This document shows, one piece after another, positions 1 through 9,060 of a stretch of DNA of 34,036 nt. Position numbers and translations under genes: made by a program. The stretch covers positions 1 through 34,036 of the forward strand of contig JAEOTB010000093.1 of the NCBI GenBank assembly GCA_016840065.1, given 5' to 3'. How positions within the stretch are numbered: position 1 is the stretch's first letter; each line of letters opens with the position of its first letter. The notes under the pieces were generated by a model that worked only from the letters and a program-made list of their open reading frames with translations, was not told where the DNA came from and did not search any database. The stretch comes from Candidatus Hermodarchaeota archaeon. GTDB lineage: Archaea; Asgardarchaeota; Hermodarchaeia; Hermodarchaeales; Hermodarchaeaceae.

Positions 1-84
1 AACGTGAAAGGACCCGTTCGTGAAGGTGATCTTCTCCTTCTTCGCGAGACAGAAAGAGAGGCTCGGCGAATACGACCACCCTAG
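1..84 (+). CDS. rps28e: 30S ribosomal protein S28e (C-terminal part, truncated by window edge)
   Basis: Frame 1 translates NVKGPVREGDLLLLRETEREARRIRPP*, the eS28 C-terminal signature. Canonical position upstream of rpl24e. Not in the ORF track. Confidence 0.95.
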   Translation, partial: NVKGPVREGDLLLLRETEREARRIRPP

Positions 85-107
85 TAGTCTCAAGGATGGC
101 GAAGTAA

Positions 108-368
108 ATGGTAAAGAAATTTACGTGCTCGTTTTGTGGATGCGACATTGAGCCAGGTTCAGGAATGATTTACGTTAAGAACGACGGTAGTCTTCTCTAC
201 CTCTGCAGCAGCAAGTGTAGGAAAAATGCTGTTATTCTTCGCCGGAGAGCACGAAAACTCAAGTGGACAGATGTTTACGAGGAAAGAGTTCGACGGCAGA
301 AAGCAGCCGCGAAGGCTCGTAGCACGAAATCATCTTCACGCAGCCGAGGTTCGCGAAGCAAGACATAG
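108..368 (+). CDS. rpl24e: 50S ribosomal protein L24e
   Basis: CSFCG-x-IEPGSGMIYVKNDG...CSSKC...KLKWT TRASH/L24e motif; synteny. Confidence 0.97.
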   Translation: MVKKFTCSFCGCDIEPGSGMIYVKNDGSLLYLCSSKCRKNAVILRRRARKLKWTDVYEERVRRQKAAAKARSTKSSSRSRGSRSKT

Positions 369-417
369 CTTGGTTTGGTCTTGTTATTTAGTTATCAAGT
401 AGAAGTGGGTTAACTCT

Positions 418-1077
418 TTACTTGTCTAGATCCATATTTCCTAAAACTGCGTCTGCGAGTTTCTGGATTTCACGTCTTGTCCAGCTAGGACACTCACTGA
501 TAAGGAGATTTGTTATCTGTTCCTCATAGTGGTCGCGACTGGAATACGATTGAGCATATTCTTTGCAAATTATTCGTATCTTTTGAGTAGCACTAATTTT
601 CGCTCTTCGCCATTTTTCGATGTATGCTAGTAAATTATCGCGTCCCCCGGAACGGATATCAAGCGATGTTCTTTTGTCCCAGAGTGCAATTTCCTTTTCG
701 GCGTTTCCAGGCTCGTCGCTTGCATGGGCTACATTTACTCCACCAACTAGCCCGTATTTTCCACGCAAACTCTCTGGGTCAGCCTTGTCAACAAAGGTAG
801 CACCAAGTACAGCTCTGAGGCGCCTAACAATATCGTTCCCTTCTAAGACAGTAGCTACTACTTTTCCTACTCGGATGAACTGTATTAGCCAAGGAAAGAA
901 AAATTTCCCCTTGTGTATCGCGTAGTGTTGCGCTGCAAGAGATTTTGGGACACTTCGTTCTACGAATCCTAGTGGTCTAGCATCGGGAAGCGCTTCAAGG
1001 ATTCTTTCAAGTACCGCTGCGCCTACCCCCCGGCGCATCGTGGCATCTGGCTTTAGAACAAGTAGTGTTCGCTCCAT
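418..1077 (-). CDS. ndk: Nucleoside diphosphate kinase with C-terminal extension
   Basis: MERTLLVLKPD, HYAIHKGKFFF, LGAT...SLRGKYG, NVAHASD (catalytic His); locus between rpl24e and aIF5B. Confidence 0.92.
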   Translation of the reverse strand: MERTLLVLKPDATMRRGVGAAVLERILEALPDARPLGFVERSVPKSLAAQHYAIHKGKFFFPWLIQFIRVGKVVATVLEGNDIVRRLRAVLGATFVDKADPESLRGKYGLVGGVNVAHASDEPGNAEKEIALWDKRTSLDIRSGGRDNLLAYIEKWRRAKISATQKIRIICKEYAQSYSSRDHYEEQITNLLISECPSWTRREIQKLADAVLGNMDLDK

Positions 1078-1152
1078 CAGAGTTTACCTCAGATAGGTAA
1101 AAACAAGCCACATCACAAAAACTCTTGGGCTAGACAACATATGGGAGGCTGA

Positions 1153-1167
1153 CACAATTCTTAAATA
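1153..1167 (+). promoter_or_regulatory. Putative archaeal BRE/TATA promoter for aIF5B operon
   Basis: AATTCTTAAATA upstream of aIF5B; the same 12-mer recurs upstream of rps15. Confidence 0.55.
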
Positions 1168-1222
1168 TCGTCTATTGTTTCGGAAAAAAACCTGAAAGAA
1201 TTCATTAATTTTGGTGTTGTAG

Positions 1223-3013
1223 ATGTCGTCAAAACCTGTTCGTCAGCCCATTGTATGTATGCTGGGTCACATAGATGTGGGCAAGACCCTTCTGCTGGAT
1301 AAGATTCGAGGAACTGCGGTTCAAGCTAGAGAGGCAGGCGGTATCACACAGCAAATCGGGGCTAGTTTTTTTCCTCTCCTAACTCTTAAGGAAATAGTTG
1401 GTGACTTGATCAAGAGCCTCAACCGTGAATTCACTCTTCCCGGTCTACTCGTTATTGATACACCTGGTCACGCCGCATTCTTCAATCTAAGGAAGAGGGG
1501 GGGCGCTGTTGCGGATATCGCCATCCTTGTAGTCGATATCATCGATGGCTTGCAACCGCAAAGTTATGAATCTCTGCGAATACTACGCGCGCGCAAAACA
1601 CCCTTCCTGATCGCGCTAAACAAAGTGGACAGGTTACCTGGATGGAAACCTCAAGAAACAAGAAGTATCACGGAATCATTGCAGAAACAAACTGATTATG
1701 TTCGAAAATCACTCGACGAAAAGCTCTATGAAGTGATGGGGGATCTCCATCGGGAGGGGTTTCAGGCTAATCGCTTTGACCGAATTGAAGATTTTGCACA
1801 GACAATTGCGGTAATTCCTACGAGCGCGAAAACCGGTGAGGGGCTATCAGAGCTACTCCTTGTTCTAACTGGATTAGCCCAGGAATATCTAGAACAACAA
1901 CTTCAGACCACACCTGGTCCTGGGAAGGGGGTCGTTCTTGAAGTAAAGGAAACACCAGGTCTAGGCGTTACCATCGACACGATTCTCTTTGATGGGATAA
2001 TCCGTCAAGGGGATACTATTGTAGTTGGTGGGCTCCAAGGACCTATCACCACTCATATCAGGGCTCTCCTAATGCCTAAGCCTCTTGATGAAATCCGGGA
2101 TCCGAAGGAGAGGTTTAAACAAGTTGAAGAGGTTGTTGCTGCAGCAGGTGTAAAAATCGCTGCACCGAATCTTGATGATGCCATTGCTGGGGCAGGGCTC
2201 TTTGTTGCTACATCAGAGGAGGAAGAGGAAGCAGCTCGTGAACGAATCCTTCAAGATATGGAAGAGGTCCGCATAGAAACTGATAAACTTGGAGTACTAC
2301 TTAAAGCTGATACCCTCGGGTCGTTGGAAGCGCTAATTGGTTATCTTCGTGATCGTGGAATTCCTATCCGCAGAGCAGATATTGGTGATGTTTCGAAGAA
2401 TGATGTCATAGAGGTTTCAACGGTCAGAGAATCCGATCCATTACTTGGGGCAATTCTTGTCTTTAATAGCAAAATACTTCCTGACGCAAACAATGAAGCG
2501 TCTGACTTGCAAGTTCCTATATTCCAAAGCCGCATTATCTACGATCTTGTAGAACAATATGAACTCTGGGTTGAAGAAAGGAAACAGGAAATGGAAGCTG
2601 AACTCCTAGGAAAAATAATTTTTCCTGGTAAAATGGAAATCCTACCAGGATACGTGTTCCGTCAGAGCAGTCCTGCGGTTGTTGGAGTCCGGGTTCTCGG
2701 CGGTCGACTCTCACCGAAAAGTAAATTGATTCATCCTGATAATCGCCGGGCAGGCAGCATCCAACAGCTTCAAGACAAGGGAAAAACTGTCCCTGAAGCA
2801 CGTATTGGTGCTGAAGTCGCTGTCTCGATAAAAGGCGTTACTGTGGGTAGGCAAATCGACGAGGGCGACATCCTCTACATCGACCTCTCTGAATCGATGG
2901 TCATTAAGCTCAACCAGGAGTTTAAGGATAAATTAACTTCTGACGAACTGGATATATTACATGAACTGCTTCAGATAAAACGAAAACACGTATCACCATT
3001 TTGGGGAGTCTAA
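1223..3013 (+). CDS. infB: Translation initiation factor aIF5B (IF-2)
   Basis: RQPIV, GHIDVGKT, EAGGITQQIGA, DTPGH, NKVD, KADTLGSLEAL. Confidence 0.98.
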   Translation: MSSKPVRQPIVCMLGHIDVGKTLLLDKIRGTAVQAREAGGITQQIGASFFPLLTLKEIVGDLIKSLNREFTLPGLLVIDTPGHAAFFNLRKRGGAVADIAILVVDIIDGLQPQSYESLRILRARKTPFLIALNKVDRLPGWKPQETRSITESLQKQTDYVRKSLDEKLYEVMGDLHREGFQANRFDRIEDFAQTIAVIPTSAKTGEGLSELLLVLTGLAQEYLEQQLQTTPGPGKGVVLEVKETPGLGVTIDTILFDGIIRQGDTIVVGGLQGPITTHIRALLMPKPLDEIRDPKERFKQVEEVVAAAGVKIAAPNLDDAIAGAGLFVATSEEEEEAARERILQDMEEVRIETDKLGVLLKADTLGSLEALIGYLRDRGIPIRRADIGDVSKNDVIEVSTVRESDPLLGAILVFNSKILPDANNEASDLQVPIFQSRIIYDLVEQYELWVEERKQEMEAELLGKIIFPGKMEILPGYVFRQSSPAVVGVRVLGGRLSPKSKLIHPDNRRAGSIQQLQDKGKTVPEARIGAEVAVSIKGVTVGRQIDEGDILYIDLSESMVIKLNQEFKDKLTSDELDILHELLQIKRKHVSPFWGV

Positions 3014-3182
3014 CTCGGAAGGAGTGACTGGTAAGATTCGCATTTTCTCCCAGCAACTCCTTGCTCCTTGAAGTGCTTAACGGCAAGATTGATAAGCTGT
3101 TAACTCGTGCTAAAGTTCTATTCCAATCCCTTTTGAAAAGTGGATTGCTAAACTACTAAAAACAAGTTATCGAGGATTTGAC

Positions 3183-3581
3183 ATGGTACGGATTCGGCTA
3201 GTAATTGGCGACTCTGAAACTGGAAAAACTACACAACTCGAACTCAGTGAACAGAGAAGTCGTGCACTTCATGGTAGAGTCATCGGCGATATCATCGAAG
3301 GTGATCCTCTAGGTTTGCCTGGTTATACATTCAAGATTAGAGGCGGCAGCGATACTACTGGAACACCTATGCGTCCTGACGTCCATGGTGCGGTTCGTAA
3401 ACGGCTCTTACTCCGTGGAGGTGTTGGTTACCGCGCAAGCACTCAAGGCCAACGTCGTAGACGCAGAGTGCGTGGCAATGAAATCACGGACGAAATCATC
3501 CAGGTCAATGTCTTGATGGTCACAAAGGGATCTAAACCCCTCCTCGAACTCGTTGAAAAGGCAACATCCACCAAAAGCTAG
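3183..3581 (+). CDS. rps6e: 30S ribosomal protein S6e
   Basis: IRGGSDxxGTPMRPDV, GQRRRRRVRGNEI; synteny. Confidence 0.97.
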   Translation: MVRIRLVIGDSETGKTTQLELSEQRSRALHGRVIGDIIEGDPLGLPGYTFKIRGGSDTTGTPMRPDVHGAVRKRLLLRGGVGYRASTQGQRRRRRVRGNEITDEIIQVNVLMVTKGSKPLLELVEKATSTKS

Positions 3582-3607
3582 TCTCAGACATTCACGAGGT
3601 ACGTTCT

Positions 3608-4870
3608 ATGCCACCGAGAGTGCCTAAACAAAGCGTCGTCAATATTGGTCTTGTTGGTCACGTCGACCATGGTAAGACGACCCTGGCGAAGGCGTTGTCG
3701 GGTGAGTGGACTGACAGACACTCACAGGAGATAGAACGGGGAATCTCAATAAAGTTAGGCTATGCTGATCTTATTTTCTACAAATGCCCAGCCTGTCCCC
3801 CACCAGAATGTTACACAATAGAACCCTCATGTCCTAAATGTGGTGGAGAAGCTGAGCTATTGCGACGGATATCGCTGGTAGATGCACCTGGGCACGAAGT
3901 GTTAATGGCTACTATGGTTTCAGGTACCGCTCTTATGGACGGTGCATTGCTTCTAGTAGCAGCTGATGAGAAATGCCCACAACCCCAGACTCGAGAACAC
4001 TTGGCAGCTCTGGAAATAACAGGTGTGGACAAAATCATAATAGTTCAAAACAAAGTTGAACTTGTATCCGAAAAGCAAGTGCTAAAGAATTATGAGGAGA
4101 TTCGGAAATTCGTCGCTGGAACTTTGGCAGAAAACGCTCCAATCATACCTATCTCGGCAATGTTTGGTACAAATCTAGATGTATTGATTCAAACAATTGA
4201 AGAGACAATTCCGACACCACAACGGGATTTAAAGAAGCCAGGTCTAATGTATATTGCACGTTCTTTTGACATAAACTATCCTGGTACCACACCTGAGAAA
4301 CTAAGAGGTGGGGTTGTTGGTGGGACCATTATTCAAGGAAAGTTGAAAGTGGGGGATGAGCTAGAACTCCGTCCTGGAATGCGGGTGAAGCAGGCTCGAA
4401 GTAAGCAACCGGTTTACAAACCTTTGCTCACAAAGGTAATGAGTATCCAATCAGGAACAGGGGCGAAATTAAACACTGCAAGTCCTGGTGGACTAATCGG
4501 CATAGGAACAACATTAGATTCTGCATTTACTCGGGCTGATTCGTTAATTGGAAACATTGCGGGAATCTCTGGAGAACTACCATCTTTAGTCGATAGCATC
4601 ACGTTGAAACCCTTCCTGTTGAAGCAAGTAGTTGGACTCGAAAAACAAATCGCTGTCATACGAATCAAACCCAAGGAGGAACTGATGTTAGTTATGGGGA
4701 CATCAGTTACAGTGGGTATTGTTCAGAAAGTGATGAAGAAGAGCAAGTTAGTTACTTTCAAATTGCAGAAGCCAGTCTGTGTTCTACCAGGTCAAAGAGT
4801 AGCGATTAGTCGGTTAGTTGAGAAGAGGTGGCGACTTATTGGCTGGGGAGCCATCACTGAAGAGGAATGA
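3608..4870 (+). CDS. eif2g: Translation initiation factor 2 gamma subunit
   Basis: VNIGLVGHVDHGKTT, RGISIKLGYA, CxxC/CxxC zinc knuckle, DAPGHE, PQPQTREH, WRLIGWG. Confidence 0.98.
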   Translation: MPPRVPKQSVVNIGLVGHVDHGKTTLAKALSGEWTDRHSQEIERGISIKLGYADLIFYKCPACPPPECYTIEPSCPKCGGEAELLRRISLVDAPGHEVLMATMVSGTALMDGALLLVAADEKCPQPQTREHLAALEITGVDKIIIVQNKVELVSEKQVLKNYEEIRKFVAGTLAENAPIIPISAMFGTNLDVLIQTIEETIPTPQRDLKKPGLMYIARSFDINYPGTTPEKLRGGVVGGTIIQGKLKVGDELELRPGMRVKQARSKQPVYKPLLTKVMSIQSGTGAKLNTASPGGLIGIGTTLDSAFTRADSLIGNIAGISGELPSLVDSITLKPFLLKQVVGLEKQIAVIRIKPKEELMLVMGTSVTVGIVQKVMKKSKLVTFKLQKPVCVLPGQRVAISRLVEKRWRLIGWGAITEEE

Positions 4871-5285
4871 TGTTTCAGCTCGTCGCCCTGTTGTGGTGCT
4901 GCTTGATACGAACTTCTTGTTGTTGCCCTTTCAGCGGCGAATCGATATTTTTGAGGAAATCAAGCGTCTGTTGATTAGTCATGTCGAGTTTGTGGTGCTT
5001 CCACAAATCCTGAGCGAGTTACAAAGGCTAGTAGCGCACGGATCCAGTAAGGAAAGTCGTGCTGCTCGAAGTGCATTGCAGCTCGTGCAGCATTACTGCA
5101 CATCTAGAAGTCAACCAGGTAATATTAAGGTCAAGCTCGACGCTGACACAGCATTACTACACTACGCGCTGGCGACAAGGGCTATTGTTGCAACGAATGA
5201 CCGCGCCTTACGTCGTAGTCTAGTTAAAAGTGGATGCCGCGTAATTTTCTTAAGAAAATTAGCGATTCTTGCGCTTGATGAATGA
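4857..5285 (+). CDS. PIN-domain nuclease (Utp24/Fcf1-like); start uncertain (TTG 4818, CTG 4857 or GTG 4893)
   Basis: VLLDTNFL, EL, DAD, VATNDRALR PIN motifs; canonical position between aIF2gamma and rpoE1. Confidence 0.9.
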   Translation: MKRNDVSARRPVVVLLDTNFLLLPFQRRIDIFEEIKRLLISHVEFVVLPQILSELQRLVAHGSSKESRAARSALQLVQHYCTSRSQPGNIKVKLDADTALLHYALATRAIVATNDRALRRSLVKSGCRVIFLRKLAILALDE

Positions 5286-5374
5286 CTACTCGTTCAAAAC
5301 TCAATTTAATAGAAAAGCTTATCAGCAAATCAGGCTTCCAGAAATCGACGCTTGACTAAGGAGGCATAGCAAAC

Positions 5375-6016
5375 CTGTACCAAGCTGTAACCATTCAAAG
5401 CAATGTCAGTATCCCGCCGAAACGATTCAATGAAGACCTCTATGAGGTAGCGGAGGAACTTCTCCGCGCTGAGTACGAAGGCGTAATCGATGTGGATTTA
5501 GGCTTCATAATAGCGGTCGTAGAAATAATGGAGATCGGTATGGGTAGGCTGATTCCAGGTGAAGGTGCGACGTATCACGATGTTACAGTGAAAATTTTGA
5601 CATTCAAACCTGTGGTGAATGCACTTGCACTTGGTGAGGTAGTAGAGGTTGTAGATTTCGGTGCTTTTATCAGATTGGGTCCTCTTGATGGTCTATGTCA
5701 CGTAAGCCAAATCACAGACGACTTCTTCTCATATGATCCACGAAGAGCTGCCCTAGTTGGAAAGGAAACTGGTAGAGTAATTAGCGAGGGCGACCAAGTA
5801 CGAACTCGAATAGTTGCGGTTAGCATAGAAGGTGGTGCGCGTGGTGGAAAACTTGGACTTACCATGCGTCAACCCTATCTTGGAAAACTAGACTGGATTA
5901 AGGAAGAGATTGCAAAACTTCTGGAATCTAAACAAAAGGCAGAAGGAAAGGGTCCTGATTCAAAACCCGAAAAGGGTGCTTCACGTTCAGGTAAGGAGGA
6001 ACCTAAGGGGCCCTAA
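5375..6016 (+). CDS. rpoE1: DNA-directed RNA polymerase subunit Rpo7 (E'); probable CUG start at 5375
   Basis: GEVVEVVDFGAFIRLGPLDGLCHVSQI S1 domain, GLTMRQPYLGK. The frame extends upstream of the ORF-track start (5492) as (L/M)YQAVTIQSNVSIPPKRF...YEG, the conserved Rpo7 N-terminus. Confidence 0.96.
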   Translation: MYQAVTIQSNVSIPPKRFNEDLYEVAEELLRAEYEGVIDVDLGFIIAVVEIMEIGMGRLIPGEGATYHDVTVKILTFKPVVNALALGEVVEVVDFGAFIRLGPLDGLCHVSQITDDFFSYDPRRAALVGKETGRVISEGDQVRTRIVAVSIEGGARGGKLGLTMRQPYLGKLDWIKEEIAKLLESKQKAEGKGPDSKPEKGASRSGKEEPKGP

Positions 6017-6078
6017 TCACATTTCTACCTACTTGAACCATACTAGCTTGAGGTTTTCAAGGAGAGTGCAGGAAAAAA

Positions 6079-6264
6079 ATGGCACGTAAAGCTTGTCGTA
6101 CCTGTCGATTGATAACCACCAAGAGTCACTGTCCAATTTGTAGAGGCACTAATTTATCAGACAGTTTTTCAGGGGTGGTCTTAATCTTCGATCCAGAGCA
6201 TTCAATGATTGCTAGAAAGCTTAACATCAGCGAACCAGGTGAATACGCGCTAAATGTCCGCTGA
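6079..6264 (+). CDS. spt4: Transcription elongation factor Spt4 (RpoE'')
   Basis: KACRxC...CPIC, DPEHSMIA, PGEYALNVR. Confidence 0.96.
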   Translation: MARKACRTCRLITTKSHCPICRGTNLSDSFSGVVLIFDPEHSMIARKLNISEPGEYALNVR

Positions 6265-6279
6265 GGCGGGGTAACCTTC

Positions 6280-6828
6280 TTGTCTCGCGATTTGTTACGT
6301 AGCGTGACTTTGCACCTACCAGAAGAACTTCGCAGCTCACTAAAACCCCCGAAGGGGAAACTGTTTTCTCGGGAGGCACTTGGGGCAGCTGAAGATACAT
6401 GTGCTTATATTAGACAAAAAAAGCTTCATCCTGTAATCGCTGTTGGCGATATGGTCTCAATAAACTTGGACAAGGTAAGTTGTCAAGCCACAGTATCCAT
6501 ATTAGATGGGAAGACTAAACGTCATGAGAAGTTAGATTTCGAGTTCGCTGTTGATGTAGTTTTCCAAGCAGCTAATCCTGCTGGGCAAATCACACCAGAG
6601 GTTTGGATAGCCATTGAACATGCACTAGCACTGGGGGCAAAGGGAAAAACAGTGAAAATCTTTATAGAGGGTGAAGAAGACCTAACCGCATTGCCTGCCG
6701 TGATGCTTTCCCCTCTCGGCGCGGCTGTTGTGTATGGGCTGCCTAGTAAAGGCATCGTTGTCATCAAAGTGACCTCTACACAAAAACGAGATGTATGTCG
6801 AATCATGCAGAAGATGGTATCGAAATGA
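6280..6828 (+). CDS. GTP-dependent dephospho-CoA kinase (DUF359 family)
   Basis: LKPPKG, VGDMVS, DGKTKR, NPAGQIT, IEGEEDL, YGLP; synteny after spt4. Confidence 0.92.
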   Translation: MSRDLLRSVTLHLPEELRSSLKPPKGKLFSREALGAAEDTCAYIRQKKLHPVIAVGDMVSINLDKVSCQATVSILDGKTKRHEKLDFEFAVDVVFQAANPAGQITPEVWIAIEHALALGAKGKTVKIFIEGEEDLTALPAVMLSPLGAAVVYGLPSKGIVVIKVTSTQKRDVCRIMQKMVSK

Positions 6829-7121
6829 AAATCACTATAGAAAACAAGGTGGACAATCAACTCCTCCACCGCCAGGACATCACATTTCAGGTAGATCATT
6901 CAGGGTCGTCTACTCCCAAAAGACTAGCAGTTCGAGCGAAACTAGCAGCCCTGCTAAATTGCCAAGAAGACCAACTCTACATCATTGAACTCGCTGGGGT
7001 GTTCGGTCGCAGTTCATCACGGGGATATGCTCGTCTTTATCCCTCTAAGGAAGCCGCTCTTGCACAAGAGATTAAACATATCATCAAACGGCATGAACCT
7101 AAAGAGGAGGAAAGTAGCTAG
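6825..7121 (+). CDS. rps24e: 30S ribosomal protein S24e
   Basis: NxLLHRQDI, HSGSSTPKR, FG...GYARLY; ATGA overlap with the upstream stop. Confidence 0.93.
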   Translation: MKITIENKVDNQLLHRQDITFQVDHSGSSTPKRLAVRAKLAALLNCQEDQLYIIELAGVFGRSSSRGYARLYPSKEAALAQEIKHIIKRHEPKEEESS

Positions 7122-7174
7122 AAGCAATCCTCAAATTTACAGCTACATCATAAACGAAGTGAAGGTGAAAACCA

Positions 7175-7348
7175 ATGCCAAAAACTCATAAATATTATAA
7201 AGTTGGCAAAGATGGGAAACTAACACGTGAGCGCCGCTTCTGTAGCCGCTGTGGTGACGGTGTCTTTATGGCAGAACACTCTGATCGAATCGCTTGTGGC
7301 AAGTGTGGGTTTACGGAATTCAAACCCACAAGAAAAGAGGACGAATAA
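7175..7348 (+). CDS. rps27ae: 30S ribosomal protein S27ae (eS31), 57 aa
   Basis: Hand translation [57 protein letters not shown]; AGGTGA Shine-Dalgarno (SD) upstream; not in the ORF track. Confidence 0.96.
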   Translation: MPKTHKYYKVGKDGKLTRERRFCSRCGDGVFMAEHSDRIACGKCGFTEFKPTRKEDE

Positions 7349-7417
7349 GGCAGAATAAGATACGCTTCTGAAGAGGCGGCCTGTCACTAACTCTTTAGGC
7401 TAGCCTGAGGTATTCTA

Positions 7418-8401
7418 ATGTTTGTCCTAGGAATTGAAAGTACTGCACACACATTTGGTATTGGGATAGTCGACACTGAAGGAAAAGTTCTTGCAGACGT
7501 GAAATCTGTCTACTCTCCTGATGAAGGAGGCATTCATCCAAGAGAAGCTGCTGAACATCACCAAGAAGCTTGCCTTCTCATACTCAAGAAAGCAATAAAC
7601 CAAGCAGGTATATCTCTGAGACAACTTTGTGCTGTTGCATTTTCTCAAGGCCCTGGTCTCCCTCCTGCACTTCGAATAGGCGCTATAATGGCACGTGGCC
7701 TTGCATACAGCCTTGAAATTCCCCTATTAGGTGTAAACCATTGTGTTGCTCATGTAGAGCAAGCACGCTACTTCAGCAAAGCAGAACATCCTTTGGTCGT
7801 GTATCTATCTGGAGGTAATACTCAACTAACTACGCTAGAAGGTAAACGCTATCGTATCTTTGGCGAGACTCTTGACATTGCATTGGGGAATATGCTGGAT
7901 ATGTTTGGGCGTGCTGCGAAACTCGCTCATCCAGGAGGACCGAAGATTGAAAAATTGGCGCGACAAGCAGACGGTACCTATCTACCGCTCCCCTACACTG
8001 TAAAAGGTATGGATTTGTCATTCTCAGGATTATTAACCGCGTCGAAACGGCTATTGAAAGAAGGTGCTGCTCTTTCAACGGTCTGCTATAGCCTACAGGA
8101 AACCGCATTCGCTATGGTAACAGAGGTTGTGGAAAGAGCATTAGCCCATACTCAACGCGCAGAAATTCTGCTAACTGGAGGTGTAGCGGCTAATAAACGA
8201 TTACGTGAAATGCTACGAATTGTGGCTAAAGGACAGTCAGCTAGATTTGCTTCAGTACCTCCTAAATTTGCTGGCGATAATGGCGCAATGATTGCATATA
8301 CCGGATTACTCCTGTATAGGGACAAGATTGAGACACCAATCCCTGCTAGTAAGGTGTTACCCAAATGGCGGCTCGATCAAGTGGATATTCCTTGGCAATA
8401 A
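7418..8401 (+). CDS. kae1: KEOPS subunit Kae1 (t6A synthase), unfused
   Basis: LGIESTAHT, GGIHPREAAEHH, VNHCVAHVE, GETLDIALGN, GDNGAMIA. Confidence 0.97.
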   Translation: MFVLGIESTAHTFGIGIVDTEGKVLADVKSVYSPDEGGIHPREAAEHHQEACLLILKKAINQAGISLRQLCAVAFSQGPGLPPALRIGAIMARGLAYSLEIPLLGVNHCVAHVEQARYFSKAEHPLVVYLSGGNTQLTTLEGKRYRIFGETLDIALGNMLDMFGRAAKLAHPGGPKIEKLARQADGTYLPLPYTVKGMDLSFSGLLTASKRLLKEGAALSTVCYSLQETAFAMVTEVVERALAHTQRAEILLTGGVAANKRLREMLRIVAKGQSARFASVPPKFAGDNGAMIAYTGLLLYRDKIETPIPASKVLPKWRLDQVDIPWQ

Positions 8402-8408
8402 GTGAATT

Positions 8409-9053
8409 ATGATGTCTCCGATTATAGCAAAAGGTGCAGAGGCCACGCTCTTCCTTGAGGAATTGTTCGGGTTTCAGGTGATACGGAAACATCGTATTCC
8501 GAAAAGTTATCGGGTTCGCTTGCTTGATACTACACTCAGGCATAGAAGAACTATACGCGAAGCCCGACTTCTTAATGCAGCTAGACGAGCTGGTGTTCCT
8601 ACTCCAATTGTATTTAGTGTCAATCCAGAGACAGCAACAATTATCATGGAATACATTGAAGGTAATCGGCTCAAGGAACATCTCGCCGAGTTATCCACTG
8701 ATAGTCGTCAGATGACTCTTGGTGAAATTGGAAGGTCTGTTGCCCGCTTACATAAGAACCACCTGAGTCATGGTGATCTTACAACATCTAACATGATATT
8801 ACATCCAAGCGGCAAGGTCTATTTCATTGATTTTGGATTAGCAGCGACAACACAGACTATCGAAGATTTCGGTACTGATATTCATCTTCTGCGGCAAGCA
8901 TTATCTAGTACGCATTATTTGATATGGGAAGAATGTTATAGAGCATTCAAAGAAGGTTATCGAAGCACATTCGGTAGAGCCGCAGGCAAGGTCTTTCACA
9001 AAGTCGACGAAATTGAAAGCAGAGGTCGGTATATCATAGAAAGGATTAGGTGA
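8409..9053 (+). CDS. bud32: KEOPS kinase/ATPase Bud32
   Basis: GAEA, KxRIPKSYR, HGDLTTSNM, IDFGL, C-terminal RGRY. Confidence 0.97.
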   Translation: MMSPIIAKGAEATLFLEELFGFQVIRKHRIPKSYRVRLLDTTLRHRRTIREARLLNAARRAGVPTPIVFSVNPETATIIMEYIEGNRLKEHLAELSTDSRQMTLGEIGRSVARLHKNHLSHGDLTTSNMILHPSGKVYFIDFGLAATTQTIEDFGTDIHLLRQALSSTHYLIWEECYRAFKEGYRSTFGRAAGKVFHKVDEIESRGRYIIERIR

Positions 9054-9060
9054 ATGAAAG

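Noticed and set aside
7175-7348. Possible ubiquitin-eS31 fusion
   Set aside because: eS31 has its own SD and ATG, and no ubiquitin-like ORF lies upstream
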